NCBI GenBank assembly: GCA_964474695.1
Contig: CAYYTK010000006.1
Span: 95,526-159,525 of the forward strand
Reading direction: 5' to 3'
Length of the DNA stretch: 64,000 nt
Source: an uncultured Anaerolineales bacterium
GTDB lineage: Bacteria; Chloroflexota; Anaerolineae; CG2-30-64-16
Under the pieces are notes generated by a model, which had not been told where the DNA came from, made no database searches, and saw only the letters and a list, made by a program, of their open reading frames with translations. A program made the translations under genes and the position numbers. Below, one piece after another: positions 7,870-16,750 of the stretch. Each line of letters begins with the position of its first letter. Position 1 is the stretch's first letter.

Positions 7870-10716
7870 ATGCGTTACGCTGAAGTTTGTGTCAATACGC
7901 CGCTGGGAACGCGGACGTCGCCTTCTGCATCGGCGGCAGCAGGCCGCGCGTCATCCACGCTGAGCGATGACCTCCCGGCCGGTGCGTTCACCTATGCTGT
8001 CCCCGAACGGCTGGCAGGCCGTTTGCAGCCCGGTCACCTGGTCTGGGCGCCTTTTCGCGGCCGCCGCCTGCAAGGTGTCGTGCTGAGTCTTTCCGATGCC
8101 GCCCCCGGTACCGCCGGGGGGTCTGCCCCGCAGTTCCTCATCCGTGAGATCATCTCGCTGGTCTGGGCGCAGCCGCTGCTGGCCCCCGCGCAACTGGCCC
8201 TGGCCTATTGGATCAGCAACACCTATCTGGCGCCGTTGATCGAGTCGCTGCGGCTGATGTTGCCGGCAGGCCTGACCCAGCGCGGCCGCACCGTGTTTGT
8301 CCGTGCGGGCGGCGTGGCGCCTGCCGGCCTCACATCCCGGCAGGCCGCGCTCTTGGCGCGCCTGGCCGCGCAGCCGGGCGATTGGTCGGAGATCAGCCAG
8401 GGGGTGCGGGGCGCCACGCAGAAGGATGACCTGGCGCCGCTGATTGAGCTGGGCCTGGTGGCCCAAGAGGTCGAGTTCCCGACCCCGCCGCCGCGCCCTA
8501 AGACTGATCGCCAGGTGCGGCTGTTGGCTGACGCGGCGACCATCGCCCGGGTTCTGCCCACCTTGGGCCATGCGCCGAAGCAGGCCCAGATTCTGGCCGT
8601 GTTGAGTGGGCCGGCAGGCGCTGGGCAGATGACGTTTGCTGCGCTGCGCGAGGCAGTTGGCTGCACGGCGGGACCTATCGAGGCTCTCGCGGCACGCGGC
8701 TGGCTCACCATCATGCCCGGCAGCGCGTCCAAAGCATCAGCAATGGTGGCGTTGGCCTTGAGCCCCGAGGCGCTAACCGATGCCATCGTTGAGCTGCGCG
8801 GCGTCCAGAAGCATCGCGCCGTGCTTGAGGCGCTGCTGACTCACGAGGGACCGGCCTGGATCGGTTGGATCTATGCCGAGACCGGCGCGACGCTGCAAAC
8901 TCTGCGCGACCTGGAAGCAGCGGGCCTGATCACGATCGCCGAGGAGATGATCTGGCGTGATCCCCTGGCCGGTCACGAGTTCAAGCTCGACCAGCCGCCT
9001 GTGCTGACGGAAGATCAGCAGGGGGTGTGGGAGCGGGTGCAGCAACGAATCAGCGAATGCGATCCGCAGGATCGTCCGAATCAGCGAATTGGTGAGAACA
9101 CGGATGCGTCATGCGTCATGCTCCTTCACGGCGTCACCGGGTCCGGGAAAACCGAGATCTACCTGCGCGCGATCGCCGAAGTTTTGGCGCGCGGCCAGCA
9201 GGCAGTCGTGCTGGTGCCCGAGATTGCGCTGACCCCTCAGACGATCCGCCGGTTTGCCGCACGTTTTCCGGGCAAGGTCACGGTGTGGCACAGCGAATTG
9301 GGCGAAGGGGAGCGCTTCGATGTATGGCGTCGGGTGCGCACCAATCATCCTGCCTCACAGATCGTCATCGGCTCCCGTTCTGCCCTCTTCCTGCCCTTTT
9401 CTGATCTGGGCGTGATCGTGTTGGACGAGGAGCATGAGACTTCGTACAAGCAGGAGCGCACGCCGCGCTACCATGCGCGCACCGTCGCCATCGAGTTGGG
9501 CCGGCTCTGCCGGGCGGTCGTCATCCTCGGCAGCGCGACGCCGGCTTTGGAGACCTACTACGCGGCCAGGCGCGGGGAAATCGAGCTGCTCACCCTGCCC
9601 CAGCGCATCCGGGCGGGCGAATGGCGGACGGGGAATGGCGAAGGCGCGGAGGCCGTGCCCCTACAGATGGCTCCGGTTGTTTCTCCTGACCTGCCCCCTG
9701 TGCGGATCGTGGACATGCGGCAAGAATTGCGCGTGGGCAATCGCAGCATGTTCAGCCGCGCCCTTTCCACGAGCCTACGGCACGTCTTGAATGCAGGCCA
9801 GCAGGCAATCCTATATCTGAACCGGCGCGGCACAGCCAGCTTTGTACTGTGTCGCGATTGCGGCCATGTGGAAGTCTGCCCGCGCTGCGCCGTTCCATTG
9901 ACACTGCACGGCGAAGGCGAGACGCTGATCTGCCACCACTGCAACCGGCGCTATCCGGCTCCGACTACCTGCCCCAACTGTGCGGGCCGGCGCATCCGCC
10001 ACTTCGGCGTTGGCACCGAGCGGGTGGAAGAGGCCGTTAAGTTGGAGTTCCCGGAGGCGCGCACTTTGCGGTGGGATCGGGATGTGACGGGCGCCAAGGG
10101 CAGCCATGACGCGATCCTTTCGAAGTTCGTGGCGCACGAGGCCGATGTACTGATCGGCACGCAGATGATCGCCAAGGGCCTGGACCTGCCGTTGGTGACC
10201 CTGGTTGGCGTGGTGGCGGCCGATACCGGCCTCTTCCTGCCCGACTTCCGTGCCGTCGAGCGCACTTTTCAGCTCCTGACTCAGGTGGCCGGCCGCGCCG
10301 GCCGGAGCACGCTCGGCGGTGAGGTAGTTGTGCAGACTTATCACCCCGACCACTACGCCATTGTCGCCGCGGGCAACCACGATTATGAAGGCTTCTATCG
10401 CCAGGAGATAGCGTTCCGTCGCGAGCAGGGTTATCCGCCCATCCGCCGCCTGGCCTCCTTGGTCTATTACCACAGCCAAAGGCCCAAGGCCCAGGCCGAG
10501 GCAGCGCGCCTGGCGCAGGAGCTGCAGGCCGCTATCGGGGGATTGGGGCTGGCAGACACCGACTTGATCGGCCCGGCCCCATGCTTCTTCGCGAAGCAGC
10601 GCAGCGAATACCGCTGGCAGATTGTGGTGCGCAGCCCGGACCCGGCCGCGTTGTTGCGCCAGGTGGCCGCGCCGCTGGGCTGGCGGCTCGATATCGACCC
10701 GACCGATCTGCTGTAG
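7870..10716 (+). CDS. priA: primosomal protein N' (replication restart helicase PriA)
   Basis: Helicase motif I LLHGVTGSGKTEIYL. Zn-binding cysteine cluster CRDCGHVEVCPRCAVPLTLH...CHHCNRRYPAPTTCPNCAG. C-terminal PriA domains. Confidence 0.9.
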   Translation: MRYAEVCVNTPLGTRTSPSASAAAGRASSTLSDDLPAGAFTYAVPERLAGRLQPGHLVWAPFRGRRLQGVVLSLSDAAPGTAGGSAPQFLIREIISLVWAQPLLAPAQLALAYWISNTYLAPLIESLRLMLPAGLTQRGRTVFVRAGGVAPAGLTSRQAALLARLAAQPGDWSEISQGVRGATQKDDLAPLIELGLVAQEVEFPTPPPRPKTDRQVRLLADAATIARVLPTLGHAPKQAQILAVLSGPAGAGQMTFAALREAVGCTAGPIEALAARGWLTIMPGSASKASAMVALALSPEALTDAIVELRGVQKHRAVLEALLTHEGPAWIGWIYAETGATLQTLRDLEAAGLITIAEEMIWRDPLAGHEFKLDQPPVLTEDQQGVWERVQQRISECDPQDRPNQRIGENTDASCVMLLHGVTGSGKTEIYLRAIAEVLARGQQAVVLVPEIALTPQTIRRFAARFPGKVTVWHSELGEGERFDVWRRVRTNHPASQIVIGSRSALFLPFSDLGVIVLDEEHETSYKQERTPRYHARTVAIELGRLCRAVVILGSATPALETYYAARRGEIELLTLPQRIRAGEWRTGNGEGAEAVPLQMAPVVSPDLPPVRIVDMRQELRVGNRSMFSRALSTSLRHVLNAGQQAILYLNRRGTASFVLCRDCGHVEVCPRCAVPLTLHGEGETLICHHCNRRYPAPTTCPNCAGRRIRHFGVGTERVEEAVKLEFPEARTLRWDRDVTGAKGSHDAILSKFVAHEADVLIGTQMIAKGLDLPLVTLVGVVAADTGLFLPDFRAVERTFQLLTQVAGRAGRSTLGGEVVVQTYHPDHYAIVAAGNHDYEGFYRQEIAFRREQGYPPIRRLASLVYYHSQRPKAQAEAARLAQELQAAIGGLGLADTDLIGPAPCFFAKQRSEYRWQIVVRSPDPAALLRQVAAPLGWRLDIDPTDLL
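9046..9092 (+). repeat. in-frame copy of the octamer/module repeat family A (GAATCAGCGAAT + GCGATCCGCAGGATCG + GAATCAGCGAAT) inside priA
   Basis: Encodes QRISECDPQDRPNQRI between a conserved segment and helicase motif I. The same units recur at 20680-20778, 22656-22695 and 23514-23562. Confidence 0.8.
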
Positions 10717-10757
10717 CTTTGGGTGCGGCGGATTGGCGCTCTCGGAACGGATGATAC

Positions 10758-11306
10758 ATGGCTCGTAATCGCTGGAACCTCTTGATCGCGTCCTTGTTGC
10801 TCGTCGGCCTGGCCTGGATCTGGGTCAACCGTGTGCCGGGCAACCAGGCTGCGGCAACCATGCCGGCGGCTGCCGCGCTGCCTCCCGCCCCGATCGTGGG
10901 CCATCCGGCGCCCGACTTCAGCCTGGAGACCCTCTTGGGCGAGGATTTGACCCTGTCCGGGTTGCGCGGGACGCCGGTGGTGTTGAATTTCTGGGCCACC
11001 TGGTGCCCGCCCTGTCGCGCCGAACTGCCGGAGCTGGCAGCAGCAAGCGCGCGCCTGGCCGGGCAGGTGGCGATCATCGGCGTGAATCAGGCGGAGGCGC
11101 GCGCCGACGTGCAAGCTTTTGCCGCTGGATTGAGTTTGCCGTTCCCGGTGCCGCTGGACGAAAGTGCCGATGTGAGCCGGACCTACCGGGTGCGCAGCCT
11201 GCCCACCACGTTCTTCATCGATCGCCAGGGCATCGTTCGTCAGGTGCAAATCGGTCCCGTCACCGAGGCAACGCTGGGGCAATTGTTGAAGACGATCTAT
11301 CCGTAA
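10758..11306 (+). CDS. TlpA/ResA-like thiol-disulfide oxidoreductase (thioredoxin fold)
   Basis: N-terminal TM anchor and an NFWATWCPPC redox motif. Confidence 0.85.
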   Translation: MARNRWNLLIASLLLVGLAWIWVNRVPGNQAAATMPAAAALPPAPIVGHPAPDFSLETLLGEDLTLSGLRGTPVVLNFWATWCPPCRAELPELAAASARLAGQVAIIGVNQAEARADVQAFAAGLSLPFPVPLDESADVSRTYRVRSLPTTFFIDRQGIVRQVQIGPVTEATLGQLLKTIYP

Positions 11307-11317
11307 CGGCATCCAAG

Positions 11318-11366
11318 CTCGGGTCACAAACCTGGTTTCTCGGAGAAACCAGGTTTGTGACCCGAG
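11318..11366. repeat. perfect 24-bp-arm palindrome (family C, core ACAAACCTGGTTTCTC)
   Basis: CTCGGGTCACAAACCTGGTTTCTC-G-GAGAAACCAGGTTTGTGACCCGAG. It ends 12 nt before the lgt ATG. Confidence 0.9.
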
Positions 11367-11377
11367 AAAGGCATTTC

Positions 11378-12121
11378 ATGCTTCCAATCATCCAGCTTGG
11401 TCCTGTCTCGCTTCCCACCTATCCGCTTGCGCTGGTGTTGGCCGCCTGGTTGGCGCTGGAAGTCAGCGCGCGGGTTGCGCGGCGGCTGGAACGGCAAGGC
11501 GCTCGCGCGATCGGGCCGGATCACGTTTACAACGCGGGTTTGTCTGCGTTGGTGGCGGGCTTTGTTGTAGCCCGCTTCGGCCATGTGATCGCCTATTGGC
11601 CCGCCTATCGTGCGCAGCCGTTGGAGATCTTCGGATTCAACACGCGGGCCTTTCTGCTCTGGCCGGGGATTGCCGGAGCGCTCCTTATGTTCGGCTGGTA
11701 TGTCTATCGGCATCGGCTGCCCCTGGCTGCCATGCTGGAGGCCTTGGCTCCGGGACTGTTAGTGGGTGTCGCGATCGCTCAGGCAGGCGCCTTCCTGGCC
11801 GGCCATAATCCCGGCGCGCCGGCCGACCTGCCCTGGGCGGTGAACTTCTGGGGTGTGGCGCGACATCCGGCTCTGCTCTACGAGGCGCTGGCCGCGCTCG
11901 CCGTGTTGTTAGTGATTGGGCTCTTGCTCCGCCGCCGCACGCCTGCCGGCATGATCGCCTGGACTGCACTGCTGGGCTATGGCCTGAGTCGTTGGCTCCT
12001 GGAGCCGTTCCGCGCCGAGAGCGCGGTGACCTTCGGCGGCTTGCGAGCGGCGCAGGTGTTGGGGTTGGCGGCGGCGTTGATCGCGCTTTGGGCGCTGCGG
12101 TCGCTGAGCAGGAAGCTGTGA
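11378..12121 (+). CDS. lgt: prolipoprotein diacylglyceryl transferase
   Basis: Polytopic membrane protein with the Lgt signature region ...RHPALLYEALAALAVL (compare E. coli RHPSQLYE). Start set at MLPIIQLGPVSL; the ORF-track upstream extension overlaps tlpA and is rejected. Confidence 0.75.
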   Translation: MLPIIQLGPVSLPTYPLALVLAAWLALEVSARVARRLERQGARAIGPDHVYNAGLSALVAGFVVARFGHVIAYWPAYRAQPLEIFGFNTRAFLLWPGIAGALLMFGWYVYRHRLPLAAMLEALAPGLLVGVAIAQAGAFLAGHNPGAPADLPWAVNFWGVARHPALLYEALAALAVLLVIGLLLRRRTPAGMIAWTALLGYGLSRWLLEPFRAESAVTFGGLRAAQVLGLAAALIALWALRSLSRKL

Positions 12122-12142
12122 GCACCGGCGAAACGCGCGGGC

Positions 12143-13537
12143 TCAGGCGGCCGGCAGGCTATCACGATATCTTTCAGGCGTGTCAATATCCTGGAGGATT
12201 TCGGGTGAGGGCCAATCCACCCAGGCGATCTCATCCGCATGGGCCTGGATGATGGGCCGCGCGCCGACGTCACCCTGGAGCCGCTCGAACTCCCTGAAAG
12301 TGGCAGCGTCGAAAAGGACGGGATTGCCGCGCTGGCCGTTCCAACGTGGGGCAACGACCGGCGCCAACGTCTCGCGATGGCGCTGGATTAGTGCCGAAAG
12401 CAGCTCAGGTGAGATCCCAGGCTGATCCGCCAGCAAAAAGAGGACGGTCTTGCATTCCCTCCCCCTCTCCTGAACCGATAGTTCAGGAGAGGGGGTCAGG
12501 GGGGTGAGGACCGTCCTGAGTCCCGCTTGCACGCTGCGGCTCTGCCCGGCCGCCCAATCGGGCGCCCGCACGATCTGCGCATTCAGGCCGGCAAGCGCCG
12601 CACACACCTGCTCCGCCCCGGCGCCTACCGTGACCACCACCCGTTCGACGTCCGGGCAGGCCAGCGCCTGTTCGGCGACGTGCGCCACCAGCTGCCGGCC
12701 GCGCCAGGGCAGCACCTGTTTCAGCGCGCCGAAACGCTTCGCCTCGCCCGCGGCCAGGACGACCGCGCCGGTCCGCCCCCAAACTTCGCGCACCGGATCG
12801 TCCGCTTGCGCCGCGCCGATCAGGACAGTATCAATCCGGTCGTGTTGCAGCAGCCGGCGGGAAATCTCGCGCGCGGCGACCAGGCTGGCTTCATCTTCGG
12901 CTTTGTTCAGGAATGGAATCAGCCGCGCGCCGGGGGGTGCGCCTTTCGCACCGCCCTCCGGGTGCGCCAACACCGCGGCAACCAGGCCGGGAGTCACGGG
13001 GTCGCCCAGGGCCGCGCCGGTCAGCGCCGCGATCCGTTCGGGGCGATGGACGTGTTCGGCGTCCAGCGGCCGCCCCAGCACATCCAGCCCCATCATCGGG
13101 ACGACGATGGTTGCGCTGGTCGGAATCACCGGTTCGTGTGCTGCGGGCGCCTTGAACGGCAGCCGCCGCGAGCCATCTGCTTCCATCAGCAAAGCATCGA
13201 CTGCAGGGTGCGCCGCGACGCGGTCCAGCAGCTCGGGCGGCACACCTTGCACCTTGTCCTGCTCCACAACGGTGCCGCCCGCGATCAGCACATGGCCGTG
13301 CTCGGCGAGCGTGCTTCCCAGTTGCGCCAGCAGTGCACCTTCCCCTTCCAGGATCAAACGCGCCGGCGCGCGGGCCATCTGCGTCACGAAGATCTTGGTG
13401 GTCATCGTCGTAACCACGCGTTGCCCCGCCGACCGCAATTCTTCGGCCAGCCGGAACATAGTCGTGGTCTTGCCGCCGCCGCCGGTGAAGGCGACGACTT
13501 CTTTGGGGCGGATACGCAAAGCAGTCACAAGCAGCAT
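12143..13537 (-). CDS. fusion protein: YqeC-like selenium-dependent molybdenum-hydroxylase accessory protein (N-terminal) + MocA/YgfJ-like molybdenum cofactor cytidylyltransferase (C-terminal)
   Basis: N-terminal VVAFTGGGGKTT P-loop typical of the YqeC family. C-terminal VVLAAGEAKRFG...K NTP-transferase domain as in MocA/YgfJ. Start chosen at MLLVTALRIRPKEVV (13537). Starting at 13660 would overlap the next gene. Confidence 0.7.
   Translation of the reverse strand: MLLVTALRIRPKEVVAFTGGGGKTTTMFRLAEELRSAGQRVVTTMTTKIFVTQMARAPARLILEGEGALLAQLGSTLAEHGHVLIAGGTVVEQDKVQGVPPELLDRVAAHPAVDALLMEADGSRRLPFKAPAAHEPVIPTSATIVVPMMGLDVLGRPLDAEHVHRPERIAALTGAALGDPVTPGLVAAVLAHPEGGAKGAPPGARLIPFLNKAEDEASLVAAREISRRLLQHDRIDTVLIGAAQADDPVREVWGRTGAVVLAAGEAKRFGALKQVLPWRGRQLVAHVAEQALACPDVERVVVTVGAGAEQVCAALAGLNAQIVRAPDWAAGQSRSVQAGLRTVLTPLTPSPELSVQERGRECKTVLFLLADQPGISPELLSALIQRHRETLAPVVAPRWNGQRGNPVLFDAATFREFERLQGDVGARPIIQAHADEIAWVDWPSPEILQDIDTPERYRDSLPAA
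12461..12495. repeat. perfect 15-bp inverted repeat (CCCCCTCTCCTGAAC-CGATA-GTTCAGGAGAGGGGG) inside the MocA-like domain coding sequence
   Basis: Read directly. On the minus strand it encodes a ...PSPELSVQERGRE... loop in frame. Confidence 0.85.
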
Positions 13538-13560
13538 GGTCTCACTCTTACCGGCGGCAA

Positions 13561-14997
13561 CTACATCCAGCGCAGCCCTTTCGGGTAATGGCTCTTCAGC
13601 CGGTCGCCCGTGCGCTTGCCCCAGCCGATAGGATAGCCATCCACGGCTATCAAGGTCCACCCCGCTTCCCCAGGGCTGGCCGGTGATTCTCCGCGCAAGT
13701 AGGCCGCCAGCTCCCGCACTTCCGCCGGCAGACTCGACACGCGGCGAGCATCACCCACGGATAGACCGAGCGCGAGCGCATGGCTTGGCTCAAAGCGGTG
13801 GCCTGCCTGCTGAGCACCCTTCACGGTCCCCAGCCACCAGCCGGGATGCAGGAAGCGCAGCCCGGTGAGATCGGGCAGTCCTTGCGGCAGCGCATAGAGA
13901 TAGGAGCCGACGAGGGCCAGCCGTTCCGCAGCGGGCAGGCTGTTCAAATTTGCTGCGCAAAACGCCGCGAAGGCCTCTGCAACGAGCTTCGGAGGTCCTG
14001 CCGGCTTCCAGGGCTTCACTGTTGACGTCGCGGCGTGCATGCCGGCGGTCGATGGATCCGGTGATCGGTCCAACACGGCGACAAAGTGGCCTTCCCCCGG
14101 TCCTACATGCGGCCACAGACGGACGGGGCGGGCCAGGGCAGGCGTAGAGTCTTCCCCTGACGGAATCCAATCGGGTCTGCCGGGCGAGAACCCGGGGTGA
14201 CGGGGTGGCGCGACCAACTGGAAGTCGGCATGGCGCGCCAGAAAGCGCGCCACCGTGACCTCGTTTTCTTCCGGGTTAAATGTGCACGTCGAATACACCA
14301 GCCGTCCGCCGGGGCGCACCATCCGGGCGGCTTGTTCCAGGATGCCGGACTGGCGCAGCGCGCAGCCGTGTATCAGTTCGGGCGCCCACTCGCGCCGCGC
14401 AGCCTCGCCCTTGCGCATCATTCCCTCGCCTGAGCAGGGCGCATCGACTAAAACGCGGTCAAAGAAGCCGGGGAAGCGTTGGGCAAGTCGCTCCGGCGTC
14501 TCATTGGTGATGGCCGCGTTGCGCGCGCCCCAGCGCTCCAAATTCCCGGCCAACTCCCAAGCGCGCTTGGGAATCACCTCGTTGGCAATCAGCAGGCCTT
14601 GCCCCTGCATCAACGCGGCGATGTGCGTCGCCTTGCCGCCGGGCGCGGCCGCCAGGTCCAAAACACGCTCACCGGGTCGCGGCGCCAGCAACTCCGCCAC
14701 GGCCATCGCGGATGGGTCCTGGAGATAGTAGAGTCCGGCGGCATGATAAGGATGCTTGCCCGGTGCGACTTCACCGGCAAGCACGAAGCCGGCCGGACAC
14801 CAGGACACGGGCGCAGCGGCATCCATGCCGAACGCCAGGCCTGCGAGGCCGCGGAAGTCATCCACGCCGATTTTCAGCGTATTGACGCGCAAACCAACGC
14901 TCGGCGGCGCGTCAAAACTGGCGCTGAACGAAGCGTACTCATCGCCCAAAAGATCGCGCATCCGTGCCAAAAAGCCCAACGGCAACTCAAGACTCAT
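13561..14997 (-). CDS. RsmB/RsmF-family 16S rRNA m5C methyltransferase (NOL1/NOP2/Sun)
   Basis: SAM-binding LDLAAAPGGKATHIA. Catalytic D-A-P-C-S-G (VLVDAPCSGEG) and TCTxNPEENE motifs. Start at MSLELPLGF. Confidence 0.8.
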   Translation of the reverse strand: MSLELPLGFLARMRDLLGDEYASFSASFDAPPSVGLRVNTLKIGVDDFRGLAGLAFGMDAAAPVSWCPAGFVLAGEVAPGKHPYHAAGLYYLQDPSAMAVAELLAPRPGERVLDLAAAPGGKATHIAALMQGQGLLIANEVIPKRAWELAGNLERWGARNAAITNETPERLAQRFPGFFDRVLVDAPCSGEGMMRKGEAARREWAPELIHGCALRQSGILEQAARMVRPGGRLVYSTCTFNPEENEVTVARFLARHADFQLVAPPRHPGFSPGRPDWIPSGEDSTPALARPVRLWPHVGPGEGHFVAVLDRSPDPSTAGMHAATSTVKPWKPAGPPKLVAEAFAAFCAANLNSLPAAERLALVGSYLYALPQGLPDLTGLRFLHPGWWLGTVKGAQQAGHRFEPSHALALGLSVGDARRVSSLPAEVRELAAYLRGESPASPGEAGWTLIAVDGYPIGWGKRTGDRLKSHYPKGLRWM

Positions 14998-15028
14998 GTG
15001 ATCACGCACCACGCACCACGCACCACAC

Positions 15029-16741
15029 CTACAACCCCATCGCGCACCCGTCCGCCCGCATATCACTCCCGCCGCACAGCACACCCGTCTCCGGGTCTCG
15101 TAGGATGATCTGTCCGCGGCCGAAAAGTGCGCGCTCGTGGCCGGCCACGACATCGACAGGATGTCCCATCTCGGCCAGGGCCGTCACCGTCGCGGCCGGG
15201 ATGCCCTCTTCCAGGCTCACGCGGCCCGCGGCTGTGCCGCTGTTGATACAAAAGCGCGGTCGGTCAAGCGCTGCCTGTGGATCAAGCCGGTCGTCAGCCA
15301 GCGCCAGCACCACCTGCGCGTGGCCCTGGGGCTGCATAAAGCCGCCCATGACACCGAAGGAGGCGATAAGTAGATTGGTAGATTGGGAATTGATGGAACC
15401 GTCCACCAATCTACCATCTACCACTCCACCGTCCCGGGTGATCATCGCTGGGATGATCGTGTGGTAGGGCCGCTTGCCGGGCGCGAGCGCGTTCGGGTGC
15501 CCCGGTTCCAGGCTGAAATTGTGACCGCGGTTCTGCAGGCTGAAGCCCCAGCCGGACGGCACGATGCCGGTGCCGAATCCCATATAGTTGCTGTTGATGA
15601 AGGAGCAGGCATTGCCTTGTTCGTCCACGACGCTGAAGTAGACCGTATCGGAGCCGGCGACCGGGGCGCCGCGACGTTGGTCGAGGGTGGTGTGTGCCGG
15701 ATCGATCAGCCCTCGACGTTCGGCGGCATACTCCTTCGAGAGTAACTGGTCGATTGGTATGTCGGCAAACTGGGGATCGGCGACATACCAGCGCGTATCG
15801 GCGAAGGCCAGGCGCATCGCCTCGATCTCAAGGTGTAGTCGTTCGGGTGCCAGGGGTTCGCGGCCGGCGAGGTCGAAGCCCTCCAGGATGTTCAGCGCCA
15901 ACAGCGCGGCCAACCCCTGGCCGTTCGGCGGGCATTCCCAGATGCGCAAGCCGCGGTAGGTTGTGCTGATCGGCTCGTCCCAGGTGCTGGTGTGCGCCGC
16001 CAGATCCTCGACCGTCAGGCAGCCGCCCGCGGCCTGTACGGCGGCTGCGATCGCTTCGGCGATGCGCCCCTGGTAATAGGCGGCCTTGCCGCCCTCGGCC
16101 ACGGCGCGCAGGGTGCGGGCCAGGCCGGGATTCCGAAACACCTCGCCGGGCTTGGGCGCGCGGCCATCGATCGTCAGTTCCCGGCCGCCGGCTGCCTGGC
16201 GCAACTGCCGTTCGGCCCCGCGCGCCCAGAAGTAAGCGGTGATGGGTGCGACCGGGAAGCCCTCCTCTGCCAGGCGAATGGCCGGCGCGAGGACGCGGCT
16301 CAGCGGCAGGCGGCCGTGGCGCTCGACCAGGTCGCACCAGCCCGCGCACGCACCGGGCACGGTGATCGTGTAAGGATGGTAGGGGGGCAGTTCCACGCCG
16401 CACCCGGCGGCGCCGAATCCCTCGCGTTGCAGCCGTTCCAATGTCAGCGCGGCCGGCGCGCGGCCCGATCCGTTCAGCGCGGTGATCTTCCCGTTGGCGG
16501 CCTCCGGCGTTACCGGCGGAGCAGCCTCGTAGAACAGCGCAAAGCAGTCGCCGCCGATGCCGGTGGAGGTGGGCTCGGTCACGTTCAGGGCCGCGGCGGT
16601 CGCGACCGCGGCATCGGCCGCGTTGCCGCCTGCGGCCAGGATCTCCAGCCCGGCAGCCGCAGCTAACGGCTGCGATGCCGCCACCATGCCGCGGCGGCCG
16701 TAGACGGGCGAGCGGCGGGACGCGAAAATCAGCTCAGACAT
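15029..16741 (-). CDS. ggt: gamma-glutamyltransferase
   Basis: Typical GGT large- and small-subunit motifs. Carries an extra ~20-codon in-frame segment (VVDGRLVDGSINSQSTNL) made of family-B octamers. Confidence 0.85.
   Translation of the reverse strand: MSELIFASRRSPVYGRRGMVAASQPLAAAAGLEILAAGGNAADAAVATAAALNVTEPTSTGIGGDCFALFYEAAPPVTPEAANGKITALNGSGRAPAALTLERLQREGFGAAGCGVELPPYHPYTITVPGACAGWCDLVERHGRLPLSRVLAPAIRLAEEGFPVAPITAYFWARGAERQLRQAAGGRELTIDGRAPKPGEVFRNPGLARTLRAVAEGGKAAYYQGRIAEAIAAAVQAAGGCLTVEDLAAHTSTWDEPISTTYRGLRIWECPPNGQGLAALLALNILEGFDLAGREPLAPERLHLEIEAMRLAFADTRWYVADPQFADIPIDQLLSKEYAAERRGLIDPAHTTLDQRRGAPVAGSDTVYFSVVDEQGNACSFINSNYMGFGTGIVPSGWGFSLQNRGHNFSLEPGHPNALAPGKRPYHTIIPAMITRDGGVVDGRLVDGSINSQSTNLLIASFGVMGGFMQPQGHAQVVLALADDRLDPQAALDRPRFCINSGTAAGRVSLEEGIPAATVTALAEMGHPVDVVAGHERALFGRGQIILRDPETGVLCGGSDMRADGCAMGL
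15371..15430. repeat. family-B (TAGATTGG / CCAATCTA) composite inverted repeat lying in frame inside ggt
   Basis: TAGATTGGTAGATTGG ... CCACCAATCTACCATCTACCA. The two halves are reverse complements of each other. Confidence 0.85.
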
Positions 16742-16750
16742 GTGAAAGCC

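Noticed and set aside
11003-11377. 125-codon N-terminal extension of lgt overlapping tlpA in another frame.
   Set aside because: lgt-like sequence begins at MLPIIQLGPV (11378). The upstream part overlaps a well-supported thioredoxin gene and contains the family-C palindrome.
15001-15030. CGCACCA heptamer x3 in the ggt-rsmF spacer.
   Set aside because: Only three units with no hairpin partner, and no other copies noticed. Probably trivial slippage.
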